NCBI GenBank assembly: GCA_951406725.2
Contig: OX597814.1
Coordinates: forward strand, 147,312,001-147,376,000
Length of the DNA stretch: 64,000 bases
Origin: Octopus vulgaris
Lineage: Eukaryota
Direction: 5' to 3'
Part shown: in pieces, positions 1-12,600 of the stretch
Layout: each line of letters begins with the position of its first letter
Position numbering within the stretch: the stretch's first letter is position 1
The notes under the pieces: model-generated
The model's database searches: none
What the model saw: only the letters and a program-made list of their open reading frames with translations
Told to the model about the DNA's origin: nothing
Program-made: the position numbers and the translations under genes

Positions 1-649
1 GTATTTATGTGTCGATGAACTGTTGGCTTTGTGCATAGAGGAAGTAAAATGGAGTAATATATGCATAGAACTGAATGAACGGGTAATAAATACATAGAAC
101 TAATATTTCTTAAAATCGCTTTAGTATTCATCTTAAAAAGCAACATAAAACGAATGAAAATGTAAACATGGGTATAAATGGGAGGACACTATTTTTAGTA
201 GCTTAAAGCAACTCATTTTCGACATGAAAGATCTGCTTTTAGAATTAATGTAAATGTGTGCGGGTGCTTCTGTTTGTGTTGGGCACTCCTTTTACACATA
301 TAGCTTTGCCCGGTCATAGCTTGTTTTAAACTGGAGTTTACATCATTATACAGTACTTATTATATTACACTCTTTATAATTCTATTTATTTTCGATTGAT
401 GTTTAATATATTATATATTCTTTACATCACTGTTTACATATAAACGCGAACTACGCATAATTACAACCATTTCCTATGCATCTATATACTTACACAGAGG
501 AACACCAACACAGACAAATATACATATACATACACATATTCATACATACCTACTTACATACATACATATGTTTGCGTGCGTGTGTGTGTATGTATATAAA
601 AAGATAGAGGAATAAACAGATAGCTGTGTATATATTTATATTATTATTC

Positions 650-654
<5 letters not shown>

Positions 655-733
<79 letters not shown>

Positions 734-752
734 GTGTATGTATATATATATA
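655..752. repeat. (TA)n microsatellite
   Basis: Long TA run; source of the YIYIYI ORFs. Confidence 0.95.
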
Positions 753-2391
753 TACATACATACATTTATACACTCACATCCTGACAGATACCTATGAATA
801 CACGCAGACACACCCACACATGCAAACGTACACATGCACGCGCAAGCACGCACACACACACATACACACACATATATATAGTGAGAGACAGGATGAATGA
901 TGCTGACACACGCAGGCTCATGCGTGTGTCTGTGTGTTCTGTTCATGTTTGTACGCTTCTTATTTTTTTTAAATAAACGAAAGTGCCCTTCATTTATTAA
1001 TGACTATGGATTTCCCTAGTAACTTTCGAGTTGTAGGGTGAATCTTCATTTTTCTCTCCTACATTTTATTAGAATCACTACTTCCACGAAACATATTTTC
1101 ACTTCACCAGTGCACACTGCCCTTCACTTTAACTAGTCGAGTCCCGTTTCTGAACATTGTAACTTCCCAGCATCTATTTTAAATCGTTTTACTAAACATT
1201 TTCATCGCATGATAAAGTGACCTTTTCATTCTGCCCTATCGCCCCAACCAATTCGTGAATAGTTTCTACATTTTCTCTCATTACAGTATTTTTGTACTCC
1301 CCCACCCATCATTAGTCCTCATTATTTCTCATTTTACTTTCTTTCGTTTATCAATTTTTTTTTTATTTGTCATTTGTTTCTTTACTTTTCTTTTAAAAAA
1401 TTGAAATGATGATTTTCTTTTTCTTTTTTTTTTAGAAAAAGCCACAAAGAACATAAATACCAACATCACCAAGTGTTAGCAAAAATTACGGCCGTAATCT
1501 AGCATTCGCAAATTATTGTTTTTAGCAGTCTTTGTTTTATGTCAATGTAGGCCAATGTAATTATATCTTTTAACTTGTCTCTTTCAGTAGCCTAGTTAAA
1601 CGATATGCAAGTACCTTCGTGAAAGTTATAACCGACAGATCAGCGTAGGGCAAGTGTGTATGTTATGTCATATTTATTGTTCAATAGTTACACAAATCCT
1701 GTGTCTCAGATTTCTCTCTCCTATTATTTTTAATCATTTAGTGCGTATAAGCTAAAGCGCGGTCTCGGGGATTCTGAGTATTGTACATACTGATCAATGA
1801 ATCCAATATGCGCAAGACTTTTCACTACATTTGTCAGCCACTAAAAAATAACATATGTAAACTGTTGAAGCGTATCGAACCTAATTTCCGCTGACAACAT
1901 TTAATATTTATCCTACGAGCAAATGATGAACCCGCTATGTAATGCTCGGCTCGATTGAAGTAGCAGCCAATTTAAACACTAGAGATGTATAGGAAGCTAA
2001 CTCAGGTCCGAATTTAGTGATCATAGGAAAACATTGCAATATCTCCGGTACAATATTTTGCCATTGGATCTGAAACACCAACATATAAAAAATACAGCCC
2101 GCAGGACTATATTTTCATATAGCATTTATGTTGTACATTGAAGTCTATTACATAAAAATGTGCTTCTCCACGGCAAAATAGCTCGACTAGAATTTAAACG
2201 ACTTACTGTTTAGAAATATAAAGTAGTTACCATCACTTAAAATGCTAACACGCTGTCAGAAGCCGCGGACATGTACCAACGTCAGCAGTAGCGCTATTCT
2301 CCAAGAAAGAATTTTACTGTAATATACTGAGAAAATAACAGGTGATTATAACTCACTACCAGTCCATTTATCTATATGTGATATATATTTA

Positions 2392-3580
2392 TTGTGTCAT
2401 CCCATAAATAATGTAATTTTTTCAATTGCATGAACTAAAGATCGAAGGGGGAACGTGATAATCTACGTGCATCAATTTGCTATAAAGTATGTTGTAATTC
2501 TACCTTGATACTATCCTTAGTGCAAATTTTGAATAGTGTAGTTTAATTTTAACAGTTATTTTTTCAAAGCTATAACAGAAGTCACAAAGGAGCATATACA
2601 GCATAATTTGCTTTATGAGTTCATTCAAGGTAACAACGCAGTGGAACGTGTGAAGAATATAAATGCAGTATATGGGGAACGGAACGGAGAGAAAGCGTAA
2701 GACAGTAAGGTTCCAGAAATTCTGAGATGGAAACTAAAGCCTAGAAGACGAGCCTCGTCCTAGAAGATCTGGACGTGCTGCAAAACTGTTAAGGAACTAG
2801 CAAATTAGCTTGAATTTGATCATTCAACGATTCATTAATACATGCGTACCATCGGGAAAGTCATCAAATCGGGTCAATGTGTTCCTCACAAAGTTTCCAA
2901 GCCTAATCGTGCGCAACGAGTGCATGTGTACTCTTCTTTGTTGTCGCATCTCACCAATGAACCTTTTGGGAACCGAATACTGACGGGTGAGAACAAATGG
3001 GTTCTCTATAAAAATGCCAAGCACTGATGACAGGGCTTAGGGACAGAATAAATACCGGCACCCCAGGCTAAAGAAGGTCTTCACCGACGTAAGGTTCTGT
3101 TATCTGTTTGGTGGAACATGAAAGGTTCAGTTCCCATTGAACTTTTAAACCCAAACCAAACGATAACAAAGGAGATCTACTGTGAGAATTTAAGCTAGCG
3201 CTAGAAGTGAAACGATCAGCTTTAGTTTCAATGTGTTCCATCAGGATAATGCTGGGCCACTACAGTCAAGATGACATTCAAAAGGCTGGAGCAGTTTGAA
3301 TGGCAAACGATGCCCCACCAAACATATTCGCCAGATATTGTCCATCCATTATTCAAAATAATTTGGGTGGAAAAATATGAATTCTGTAGACGAGGTCAGA
3401 ACAGGAGTATTTTTAGTCACGGACAAATGAATTTTGGAAGAGGGGCCTTGCATATCTTCTAGATAGATGGAAGAGCATTGCAGAAAATGAAGAAGAGTAT
3501 ATTTTAGATTAAAAAAGAACTTTGTTTATCTTAATTTTGAAAAATAAGTATAAAAAAGCATTATTTAAGGGATGACACAA
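2392..3580 (+). mobile_element. Mariner-family DNA transposon, near full length, transposase inactivated
   Basis: TIRs ttgtgtcatcccataaataatg / cattatttaagggatgacacaa with TA on both sides. Frameshifted transposase motifs: QCVPHKV (WVPHEL-like), ILTGENKWVLY (TGDEKW-like), HQDNA, YSPDI (YSPDL-like). Confidence 0.93.
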
Positions 3581-4502
3581 TATATATAAATATATATATA
3601 TCGATGGATAGATAGATGTTTGTCACTCTATTTAACATACAACCATTCTAAAGACATAACACAAAATGAGTGATGATGGCATTCATAGTGGTGAATTTCT
3701 CAGCGTTAGATATAATAGGTGCTGATATCTAAGCCTCAGTCCTTTGAGGCTTTAATACTTGTAACTCATGAAATAAACTAAAAGTTTCTCTGAATAAATC
3801 AATTCTATTCAGTTCAGAAATTTATAAAATGGTGTTACTTCTGTGCTACTACAGTTGATTAGATTTAAGGAAAATAACGTAGCTGAAATGGGAGCACAAG
3901 GCATATATATTTTCAGTAAATTTAGTTACATCAATTTACATTCTGAATTATTTCAGGGGCAAAATGAAATACCTATAATATTCCCGAGTAAATCTATGCC
4001 ATTCTTATTGCTCTGTGCTATTGTCTGAGTGTAATAAAATGTTACATACACGTATCTAATAATAACGGAGTAAATTCTTAAAGTGTAAAATTTAGATGCA
4101 TGGCTGTAAAGAGATTCATGAGACAGTTAAAAGCAGTCCAGAATATGTATGCATTGTAACTCGATTGATAAATGCCACTGGTTGATATTAGACTTTCATA
4201 TATTCAGGGTTGAAGAAAATGAGTATTATTAATATATTAGTCATACAGTCGATAGAAACTCGTACACAAATTTAGTCATAGAGTCGCATTAAATATTCCC
4301 AAATGCAAGATAAGATGATAAGAAAGTTTGTCTTTGAACTAGATGTTACGGAAGGTTAGGGATTACAACTCATCCTATAAAATGCTTTAATCATTCCTGA
4401 GGTATATCTACTCCACTATCCAACGTCTTAAGAAATTTCTAATGTCTTGTAAACTGAAACTTCGCTTCGAAGATTCTAAATGCATTTCTATTTCACAATA
4501 CT

Positions 4503-4720
4503 GTGGCGGTGGTGCTGGTGTTGTTGTTGACTGTGATGGTGGTGGTGGCAGTGGCGGCGACGGCGGCGGCGTTGGTAGTGGTGGTGGTGGTGGTGGTAGT
4601 AGTAGTGATGATGATGATGATTGCGATAGTAATAGTAGTGGTGGTGCAGGTGGCGGGGATGATGGTAAAGATGATGATGATGATGATGACGATGACAAGA
4701 AGGAGAAAGAGAAAGAAGAG
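4503..4720. repeat. Compound GGT/GGC/GAT low-complexity tract
   Basis: Mixed trinucleotide runs. Confidence 0.85.
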
Positions 4721-4999
4721 GATCTATCATCGCCAGCGTCGCCATCCTCGTCGATTTTATTATCGTCTTGGTACAAGTCTTCACAAACAACCATTGTAAT
4801 CAATCATAAACATATATCATACGAAGCGTGACACAAACACATCGTGACATTCTCTCTCTCCGATTTATAAACCGACACACTCACACACACACACATACGA
4901 ACACACACACACAAACACACATATATGCATTCGTACGTATGTGTATGTGTGTATCTTCACATCATATGCTTTATACACGCAAACAAGTATACACATACA

Positions 5000-5017
5000 C
5001 ATATATATATGTATATA

Positions 5018-5062
<45 letters not shown>

Positions 5063-5116
5063 TTATACATGTATATGTATAATACACATATGTATATATA
5101 TATGTATATATATATG

Positions 5117-5179
<63 letters not shown>

Positions 5180-5320
5180 GTATATATATATGTATATATA
5201 TATATATGTATATATACATATTTATACATGTATATGTATATATATATATGTGTGTGTGTATTTGTGTATATATAACTGTATATATATATATATATGTATA
5301 TATATGTATATATATACATC
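5000..5320. repeat. (TA)n/(TATG)n compound microsatellite
   Basis: Direct reading. Confidence 0.95.
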
Positions 5321-6759
5321 TTTGTGAGTACGTGTATCTATGTGTGTGTACACATGTACGCACACAGACACACCCTCAAATATATTCCATTGTTTTAAAC
5401 TTTCTAAAATTATTTTAATAACGGTTTCTTACATGCAGTGAAATCATTATACCATTATTTACAGACTTTTCAGTAGCTTTCTGTATTCTGTATTCGTTTT
5501 TGCAAGTTGGTATTGAGAGTGTTCCAGTAGGGCTGTCTTTTCCCAACGCGCGAAGGACTTGTTTGTACACTTGATTCTTTCAGAATAATACTAGTTCTGT
5601 GAAGTAGAGAATCTCGGCTCTGATTTAAATATCAACTGCAATGACCTTATCAGCGCAAAGTTTACTATGCTTCTTTCTCAGACTATTTATTGGAAGTATT
5701 TCGTAGTATCATTTTCATATGTACTTGCTCCTGCTATTAGTGCTCCATAAAAAGCATAAAAGTCACAAATGTATTTCAGTATTTTGTTAGCCCTTGAACG
5801 CAAATGGCATATATGTTCTTGAACGAATGTAACATGAATGAATTTGAAGGAATGTAATAAATCATTAGCTTGGGAAAGATGAAATCTCTGCCACAAACCT
5901 AACAAGTTATTCGTCAAGAAAATATTTCTATCAAACCACTTCTTTAAGGCATGTGTGCAGAGCACATTTTTCTGTGGTCGGAAACCCCTAATGGCTATGG
6001 AAAAGAATCTTTGAATCATCTTGATACGGCAAACGCCAGAATTCAAGATATATCTTGGCATGAGCACAAATCCAAATAGGAGATTTATTGGCACATCCAG
6101 TGTACCTCAAATTCTGCTACCAGCACTCATACGCTAGGCGGGCTTTCCTTCCTACTACGTTAAGACCGCATAGTAGAATATTATGCTCTGGAGATTTCCG
6201 TGATCATCTAGCTCCTCTTTCACTGGTTCGTTTAAAACCATTTTTTTTTTTCTAATATAGGTGTTTCTGAACCATCAATTCTCAAAAGAGCAGAGTCGGT
6301 GGTTACTGGCATTTTATATTTAACACCGTTCTAATAACATATGGCAAGTTCACCAGAGTTACATTTTATAAAATTTAAACGCTGATTACTTTATTTATGA
6401 TGTCATTTATCACTGAACTTTATTATCTGCCTCGTTGTAGCGATAAATATAATCAGACATAGTCAAGCAATGATCTTGGAAACAGTTACGCAAACCATCA
6501 TTATGAACAACAAGAAAACCTCCAGCAACTTCAGTATATATAGTTATTAGTTGTCTATCATTCTTCTACCTAGGCTCAATAAAATCCACAATAATGTGAT
6601 GAGTACTTGAATGGCTGATCAAACACAAATCACTTTGTCAGCCAGCCTAGGAATGATAATTAAATGGATTAAATTTAATTAATTAAATTGATGTTGTCCA
6701 TCTGAGAAACGTAAACTTCATCAACTTAACAGCAGACTAAAATATCAAAAGCAGATGTT

Positions 6760-6865
6760 ATTGTGGTTGTTGTTGTTGTTGCGGCTGCTGCTGCTCATAA
6801 TGATGAAAAGGATGATGATGATGAGGATGATGAGGACGACGATGATGACGATGATGTTGATGATA

Positions 6866-6936
<71 letters not shown>

Positions 6937-6950
6937 ATGATTATATGATG
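6760..6950. repeat. (GTT)/(GAT)n microsatellite
   Basis: Direct reading. Confidence 0.95.
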
Positions 6951-7499
6951 ATGTTCATGGTCATAGATGTGGTTGTGGCAGTGGAGGTCTTGCTGCTCTG
7001 AAAGAATATGATTTAGAATGTAGTAGTGGGGAGGGAAATGATTTCGAAGATGGTGATAATAATGAGAATGTTGAAGAGGAGGTGGCGGAATGAAGCGGCG
7101 GTGACGATGATTAGGATGATGATGATATTGTCCAGTAATACGATCACCTTGCAGATGATAACGAAGGAGACCATGCTGATGTTAATGACGCCGTCACCGA
7201 TAGACCCAAAGATTAATTTGTCTGACAATAACGGCGATGATGATGGTAATGAGAACGACGATGTTTATTATTGCAATTAGTAAAATCGACTGGATTTTTT
7301 GGGAAAAAATGTCTTTCATTATTTCTTCCGATACTTCGCGTTCAAATCTCATCAAAGTCAACTTTAAAATATCTGCTTCTGTGGTCCGAAAACATAGAAT
7401 ACCCATAAACTACTGAGGTTGATTTAATCGACCAATTCCTTCCTCCCACTTTTCTATAAGAAGTTGTAGTTGTAGGTGGTGGTATTCTTCTTGCAATTA

Positions 7500-8540
7500 T
7501 TATTTCTCTTTATCACATATTTACTTAGAGCTCCTGGAGTTATACATGCGTTGTGGGCTTGCTACCGGCAGTCTACGGCACCATGCTATCCGTTCTTTTC
7601 AGCTATCTAATACTTTTCTGATTACTCTGACTATTCCAAGGAGGCAAAAATTTTGTAACAGTTCTCCTGCTCTCTCTATTCCAATTTTCTTTATGTTCCC
7701 CTTGATGCTCTTCTGATACGGTTCCTAAGTACCCAACAATAAATGGCACTATCTTCACCTTCTTCATTTTCCATATCCGGGCTATTTCGGACATAAGTAT
7801 GTTGTATTTATCTATCATTTTGCCTTCCTTCTTGACTAATCATGGGTCAAAGGGAGATGCAACATCAACTATATAGCATATCTGGTGCATCTTGTCTACC
7901 ACCGCCAGGTTCGATCTGTTATGCTCTAGCACCTGATTTGTTTGGATTGGGAAATCCCAGAGGATTTTGCTAGTCTCCAACTCCACCACTCTCTGGAGTT
8001 TGTTCTCATACCACATCTTGCCTCTCTCTAGCCCCTACTTTTCGCACAGTTTCTCATGGAACACTTTCGCTACCTGATCTGTTTCTTTATTACCCACAAG
8101 GGGCTAAACACAGAGGGGACAAACAAGGACAGACAAAGGGATTAAGTCGATTACATCGACCCCAGTGCATAACTGGTACTTAATTTATCGACACCGAAAG
8201 GATGAAAGGCAAAGTCGACCTCGGCGGAATTTGAACCCAGAACATAACGGCAGACGAAATACGGCTACGCATTTCGCCCGGCGTGCTAACGGTTCAGTGG
8301 TTTTATCCACTCTATTGCAGATGTATAACAGCGGAGACACTTTCTCATTTCTATGGTTGACCCTGCAGTTCGTGACCAAAGCTTGGTCTTGCCCTGTTTT
8401 TAGTGTTCCTTTCATCAGCCAGTCCCAATTACTTTTTTTCAGCAACTTCGGTTATGGCTGCATGGAATTAATTGGGTAGTCCCTTCTTATGTAATTCTTC
8501 TTTATGTCCTTTTTGCACTTCTTCCTTTGTTTTTCAAATT
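7500..8540 (-). mobile_element. R4/Dong-like non-LTR 3' fragment (zinc-knuckle region and restriction-like endonuclease), interrupted by a SINE
   Basis: Minus-strand translation WDWLMKGTLK..QDQAL.TN, KILWDFPIQT, IVDVASPFD, IDKYNIL, IVPFIVGYLG parallels the element at 47.8-51.9 kb. Confidence 0.8.
8082..8293 (-). mobile_element. SINE family A (tRNA-like head, Deu/Nin-like core, young tail), slightly 5'-truncated
   Basis: Reverse complement of the copy at 16633-16865; core gcctttcatcctttcgg..tcgataaattaagtaccag. Confidence 0.9.
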
Positions 8541-8561
8541 TTCTATGCTTTCATTACACCC

Positions 8562-8562
8562 T

Positions 8563-8601
<39 letters not shown>

Positions 8602-8628
8602 TTACTACTGCTGCTGCTGCTGCTGCTG

Positions 8629-8709
<81 letters not shown>

Positions 8710-8745
8710 TTATTGCTATTATTATTGATATTTTTATTATCATTA
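8562..8745. repeat. (CTA)n/(CTG)n/(TTA)n compound microsatellite
   Basis: Direct reading. Confidence 0.95.
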
Positions 8746-9574
8746 TTGTTATTACGTGAGCGATGATAAATATGAAGGTGATGTCTACGATAATGACAGT
8801 GAAGTGTACGTTATTTAATAATGAATTTCAAAAGGATGGTGTGCGGGTGGGAATTGTTACGATATCAATGAAAGAAGGTAGTTCATTGTTATTGAATCGC
8901 CTGGGGCAGTCAGAGTAGATAGTGTGGTGCAGAATACAGCAGAAGAAATGATGGACATGTATATTGTGGTGTGTGTAGACAACACTTGTCGAAGTGACAA
9001 TCTAATGACTGAAGTATTCATTCATTAATATTTTTTTCAGATATTTCACAAAACGTTTTATTGTTCCATTCTGCACTTTTGCTACAAAATGATTGACGTA
9101 AGAAATAGATCGTATAATATAATTTTTATGTTATGTTCCTAAAATTATTGTATAGATACATATGCACGAATCTGTAACTACGTGCACATAACGAAATACA
9201 TACATATATACATACATACTACATACACGCGTGTATATATATATATATGCGTGTATTCCTTTATTCATTTCATTTTATAGTTTGATTTGCTTTCGTTGGT
9301 GGACCGCGGTTATGCATTCAGCAACCCCTCCGATATTTAAGTTCAAGAAATCCAGTCTTGTACTTATGCAACAATCCTCTTATTCGAAGAACTTAGGTAC
9401 TGTGTTATAAACAAAGCAGCACCCGATGTTATTTGACGGCAGAGGAAACATACACGCTTATATGAATGTGTCTATGCATGTCTCTCACACGCTGTCACTC
9501 TCTCTCCTCTCTCTCCCTCTATCTCTCCCCTGCCTTTCTCTCTCTCTCTCTCGATATATATATATATATATATA

Positions 9575-10161
9575 TACAAAATTAGAGAATGGAGAAACAT
9601 GCTTAAATCAATAAAACATCAACTATCCGATGATACCCAATCAATACTTTAATACACATTTTTCACAATTATAACAAATTTAATTTAATTCTCTGAAGAG
9701 GCCGTGGGGCATCCTTGTTAATGCCTCATTTATACCTGCCTTTATGGCTTATAGGTTAAATGAGGTATGACTGCCCTCACTGCCGAAACAGCTGTCAGTT
9801 TTGATTTAATTACATATTATATTTGAAATTTTTTACTTATATCTCTTTGTCTTTTTACTTTTACTATTACTGTATATTTTGAATGCCTTTACTCATATGT
9901 AATGGTGTATTAAAGTATTGATTGGGTATCATCGGATAGTTGATGTTTTATTGATTTAAGCATGTTTCTCCATTCTCTAATTTTGTAGTATTAATTTACG
10001 GTAATATTATTACCTTTACCCATATAATACAATAGATGAACTGATTGTTTGACAATTTTTAACATCTATGTATTAGTCTTGTTGGGTACCTATCTGGCAG
10101 TATATTGGATATATATTATCCCATGGTGGGTTGAATTCTCAACCCCTATCTCATTTTATTA

Positions 10162-10164
<3 letters not shown>
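9575..10164 (+). mobile_element. Penelope-like terminal-repeat-derived mini-element with an 83-bp perfect inverted repeat, flanked by (TA)n
   Basis: 9575-9657 is the exact reverse complement of 9905-9987; the spacer holds a hammerhead motif; (TA)n on both sides. Confidence 0.7.
9691..9798 (+). ncRNA. Type I hammerhead ribozyme with extended stem II
   Basis: CTGAAGA (9693-9699), stem II ggc-c-gtggggca / tgccc-t-cac-t-gcc, GAAA (9785-9788), palindromic stem III acagctgt, GTC cleavage triplet (9794-9796). Stem I is weak (ct/ag). Confidence 0.75.
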
Positions 10165-10200
<36 letters not shown>

Positions 10201-10314
10201 GTTATTGGTATCTAGAAGACCCAAAGTGTGTCAGGTAACGCTAAGTAAGTGCTATGGACAGGGACAGATCGTAGTCTAATGTGGGTGTTGTATTAGCATG
10301 CATATATATATTAC

Positions 10315-11115
10315 AAAGAATAAGATAACAAAGCCAACGCTGTGACTATTTTTCAAGACGTTTATATGGGAATAGTCTTACAGCTCTTTCTGAGATATTA
10401 TGGATATCCCTTCACCAGAAAGGGTGTGTGAAGGTTAAATTGAGGAAATACTTGAGTTCGAATTATTATGGAAAAGGCGGAGATAGAGAATGACAGTAGA
10501 AATAAGATATATAAAGGTATTTAATGTATAGAAGTGGTAAAAATAGTTTCCTGTACATGGTATGTAAGTTCCAATGACAGTTCATGTTTATTAATTTGAA
10601 AGTATGGAGCTGTGGTATCTGTGTTGCTCGTTCGGAAGTGTTTTGTGGTGTGAATAAATATTTGAGAATGTACTGGTAGTATTTGTCTATCTAATGTATC
10701 GGTAGCATTTGTCTATCTATCCACGAATACTACCGATGCATTCTCAAATTTTCATGCACACAACAAAGCCCTTCCGAACGAGTAACACATATTCTACGGT
10801 TCCATACTTTCAAATGAATAAACATGAACTGCCATTGGAACTTACATACCATGTACAGGAAGCCTTTTTACCACTTCTATACACCATTTTCCTCGAATAA
10901 TGGAACTGCAACTACAATATCTTTATATATCTTATTTCTACTGCTATTCTTCTATTTTTCCCAACTCCTCCTTTTCCATACTAATTCGATCTCAAATATT
11001 TCCTCAATTTAACCTTTGCACACCGTCCATAATATCCCAGAAACAGCTGTAATACTATTACCTTATAAACGTCCTGAAATCCCCTCACAGCCTTGGCTTT
11101 TTATCTCATTCTCTC
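10315..11115. mobile_element. Foldback element (two ~370-390-bp inverted arms), probable inverted Penelope pseudo-LTR pair with decayed hammerheads
   Basis: Arm 10315-10685 matches the reverse complement of 10725-11115 (e.g. cctgtacatggtatgtaagttccaatg / cattggaacttacataccatgtacagg). Hammerhead remnants at 10374-10423 (-) and 11026-11051 (+). Confidence 0.75.
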
Positions 11116-11180
11116 TAAGAGAGATATATATACACACGCATACTTACGTACATGCAAACATACATAGACGCACACACACA

Positions 11181-11223
<43 letters not shown>

Positions 11224-11316
11224 TTAGAGACAAAACCACTATTATGCAAATCAAACAAAGAAAGACTTAATCCAATACATAAAAAATTTTATATAAATTA
11301 AATAAAATTAAGTTAT

Positions 11317-11362
11317 CCACTACAATTGTTTCTTGTCACTTCTAAGGACATTCATCAGGTGG
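11317..11362 (-). ncRNA. Minimal type I hammerhead ribozyme
   Basis: Minus strand reads ccac-CTGATGA-a-tgtc-cttagaagt-gaca-a-GAAA-caatt-GTA-gtgg: intact core, stem I ccac/gtgg, stem II tgtc/gaca, palindromic stem III acaattgt. Lies in a ~190-bp insert between two (TA)n tracts. Confidence 0.8.
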
Positions 11363-11407
11363 TTTTCAGACCTTCTATTCAATTTTAAATTTTAAATAAT
11401 TTTAAAT

Positions 11408-11439
<32 letters not shown>

Positions 11440-11524
11440 CATGGTGCAGTGAGTAAATTATCAACAATTTTTATTTTTAATTTCTTACATGTGCATTGTT
11501 TGTTTTTGATTTTGTCAACTAAAC

Positions 11525-12600
11525 AGTATAGTTGGGTCAGCTGGTCACTCTCTGTGAGAAGAAGAGCACCATGATGCAATTCACTCAGCCAGAAATTTGG
11601 AGTCGACATGTTGTACTGCTGGGCATTCTCGCTGGAAGCTCCAATACGAGCATTTGAGAGTGTTTAGGTGTCAATAAAAGGACGATGCAATCTGAAGACA
11701 TATACCGAGAGCGACAAAAATCAAACATCCAGTCAGCATCATGCTGTTTGAAGTGATCACTATGCGTTATCCTGGCCTCTTCAAACGCTTTCACTCACTT
11801 TCACACTTCACCATCCAGCTCGATCCGAAGCAAATATTTCTATTTCTTTATGACCTCCTTAAATATCTTTTTAGCTTTACACCGATAGCGTTTCCCCTCC
11901 GCAAGCTCACCGTAACACAGCACTTTGGGTGTGTGTACATTCGCTAGTGAAACAATATGGCCACACCATCTCGTTTGCTTTTTTAGAATTATTATTTTAA
12001 TTGAAGTGATACCTGCAAACACAAGGGCATCTGTGTTCGGAGTAAAAGAACTCCATCTAATGTTTAAAATGCGATATGAGCATTTTTGGCGAAATTGCTC
12101 TAACAATTTGAAATGTTGTTTATAACATGTCCATGTTTGAGAAGAACACAATAGGGATGGTAACACAAATGATTTGTAATGAGCCAATTTTGTATTGTTA
12201 TTTATATGTCGTTGGCACCAAACACGTAACTCCAAACCACCAAATGCTTGTGCTGCTCTTTGAATTCGCAAATGTATTTCTCTGTCCAGATCTTCATCCT
12301 TTTGTACAGAGCTTCCAAGTTCGATGAGAGAATCAACAACCTCAAGTAACTCGCTCTTAACAAAAATTTTAGGGGACTTGTAAACAGCACCATATGTAGA
12401 TTGATATATTACAACTGTTTTTTTTTTTCACGATGATGGTCAAGCGAAAATCATCAGAATCTGAGTGAAATGCAGATACAAGAGATTGCAGACCTGTTTC
12501 AGAATGACTGACTAGACCGCATTCGTCAGCGTATCAGAATTTACAAATGAGTTAAGTAAAAACCTTCGTTTTCAATTTCAGTCTGTTCTACGTTTTCTCA
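11525..12600 (-). mobile_element. RTE-clade LINE 3' fragment (RT thumb/C-terminus), degraded
   Basis: YADECGL (YADD-like) near 12530. ORF 11840-12271: TKLAHYKSFVLPSLL..SQTW, ILNIRW, RWCGHIV, PKVLCYGELAEGKR. Confidence 0.85.

Noticed and set aside
550-976. YIYIYI/THTH-type ORFs here and throughout the window
   Set aside because: Translations of (TA)n/(CA)n microsatellites, which lack stop codons by construction.
4408-4831. Gly/Asp-rich and Pro/Ser-rich ORFs resembling a disordered protein
   Set aside because: Open in several frames on both strands because of trinucleotide repeats; no domain or splice support.
5687-6094. 135-aa minus-strand ORF
   Set aside because: No convincing motif; a weak CR1-like resemblance (IQRFF) is insufficient to call.
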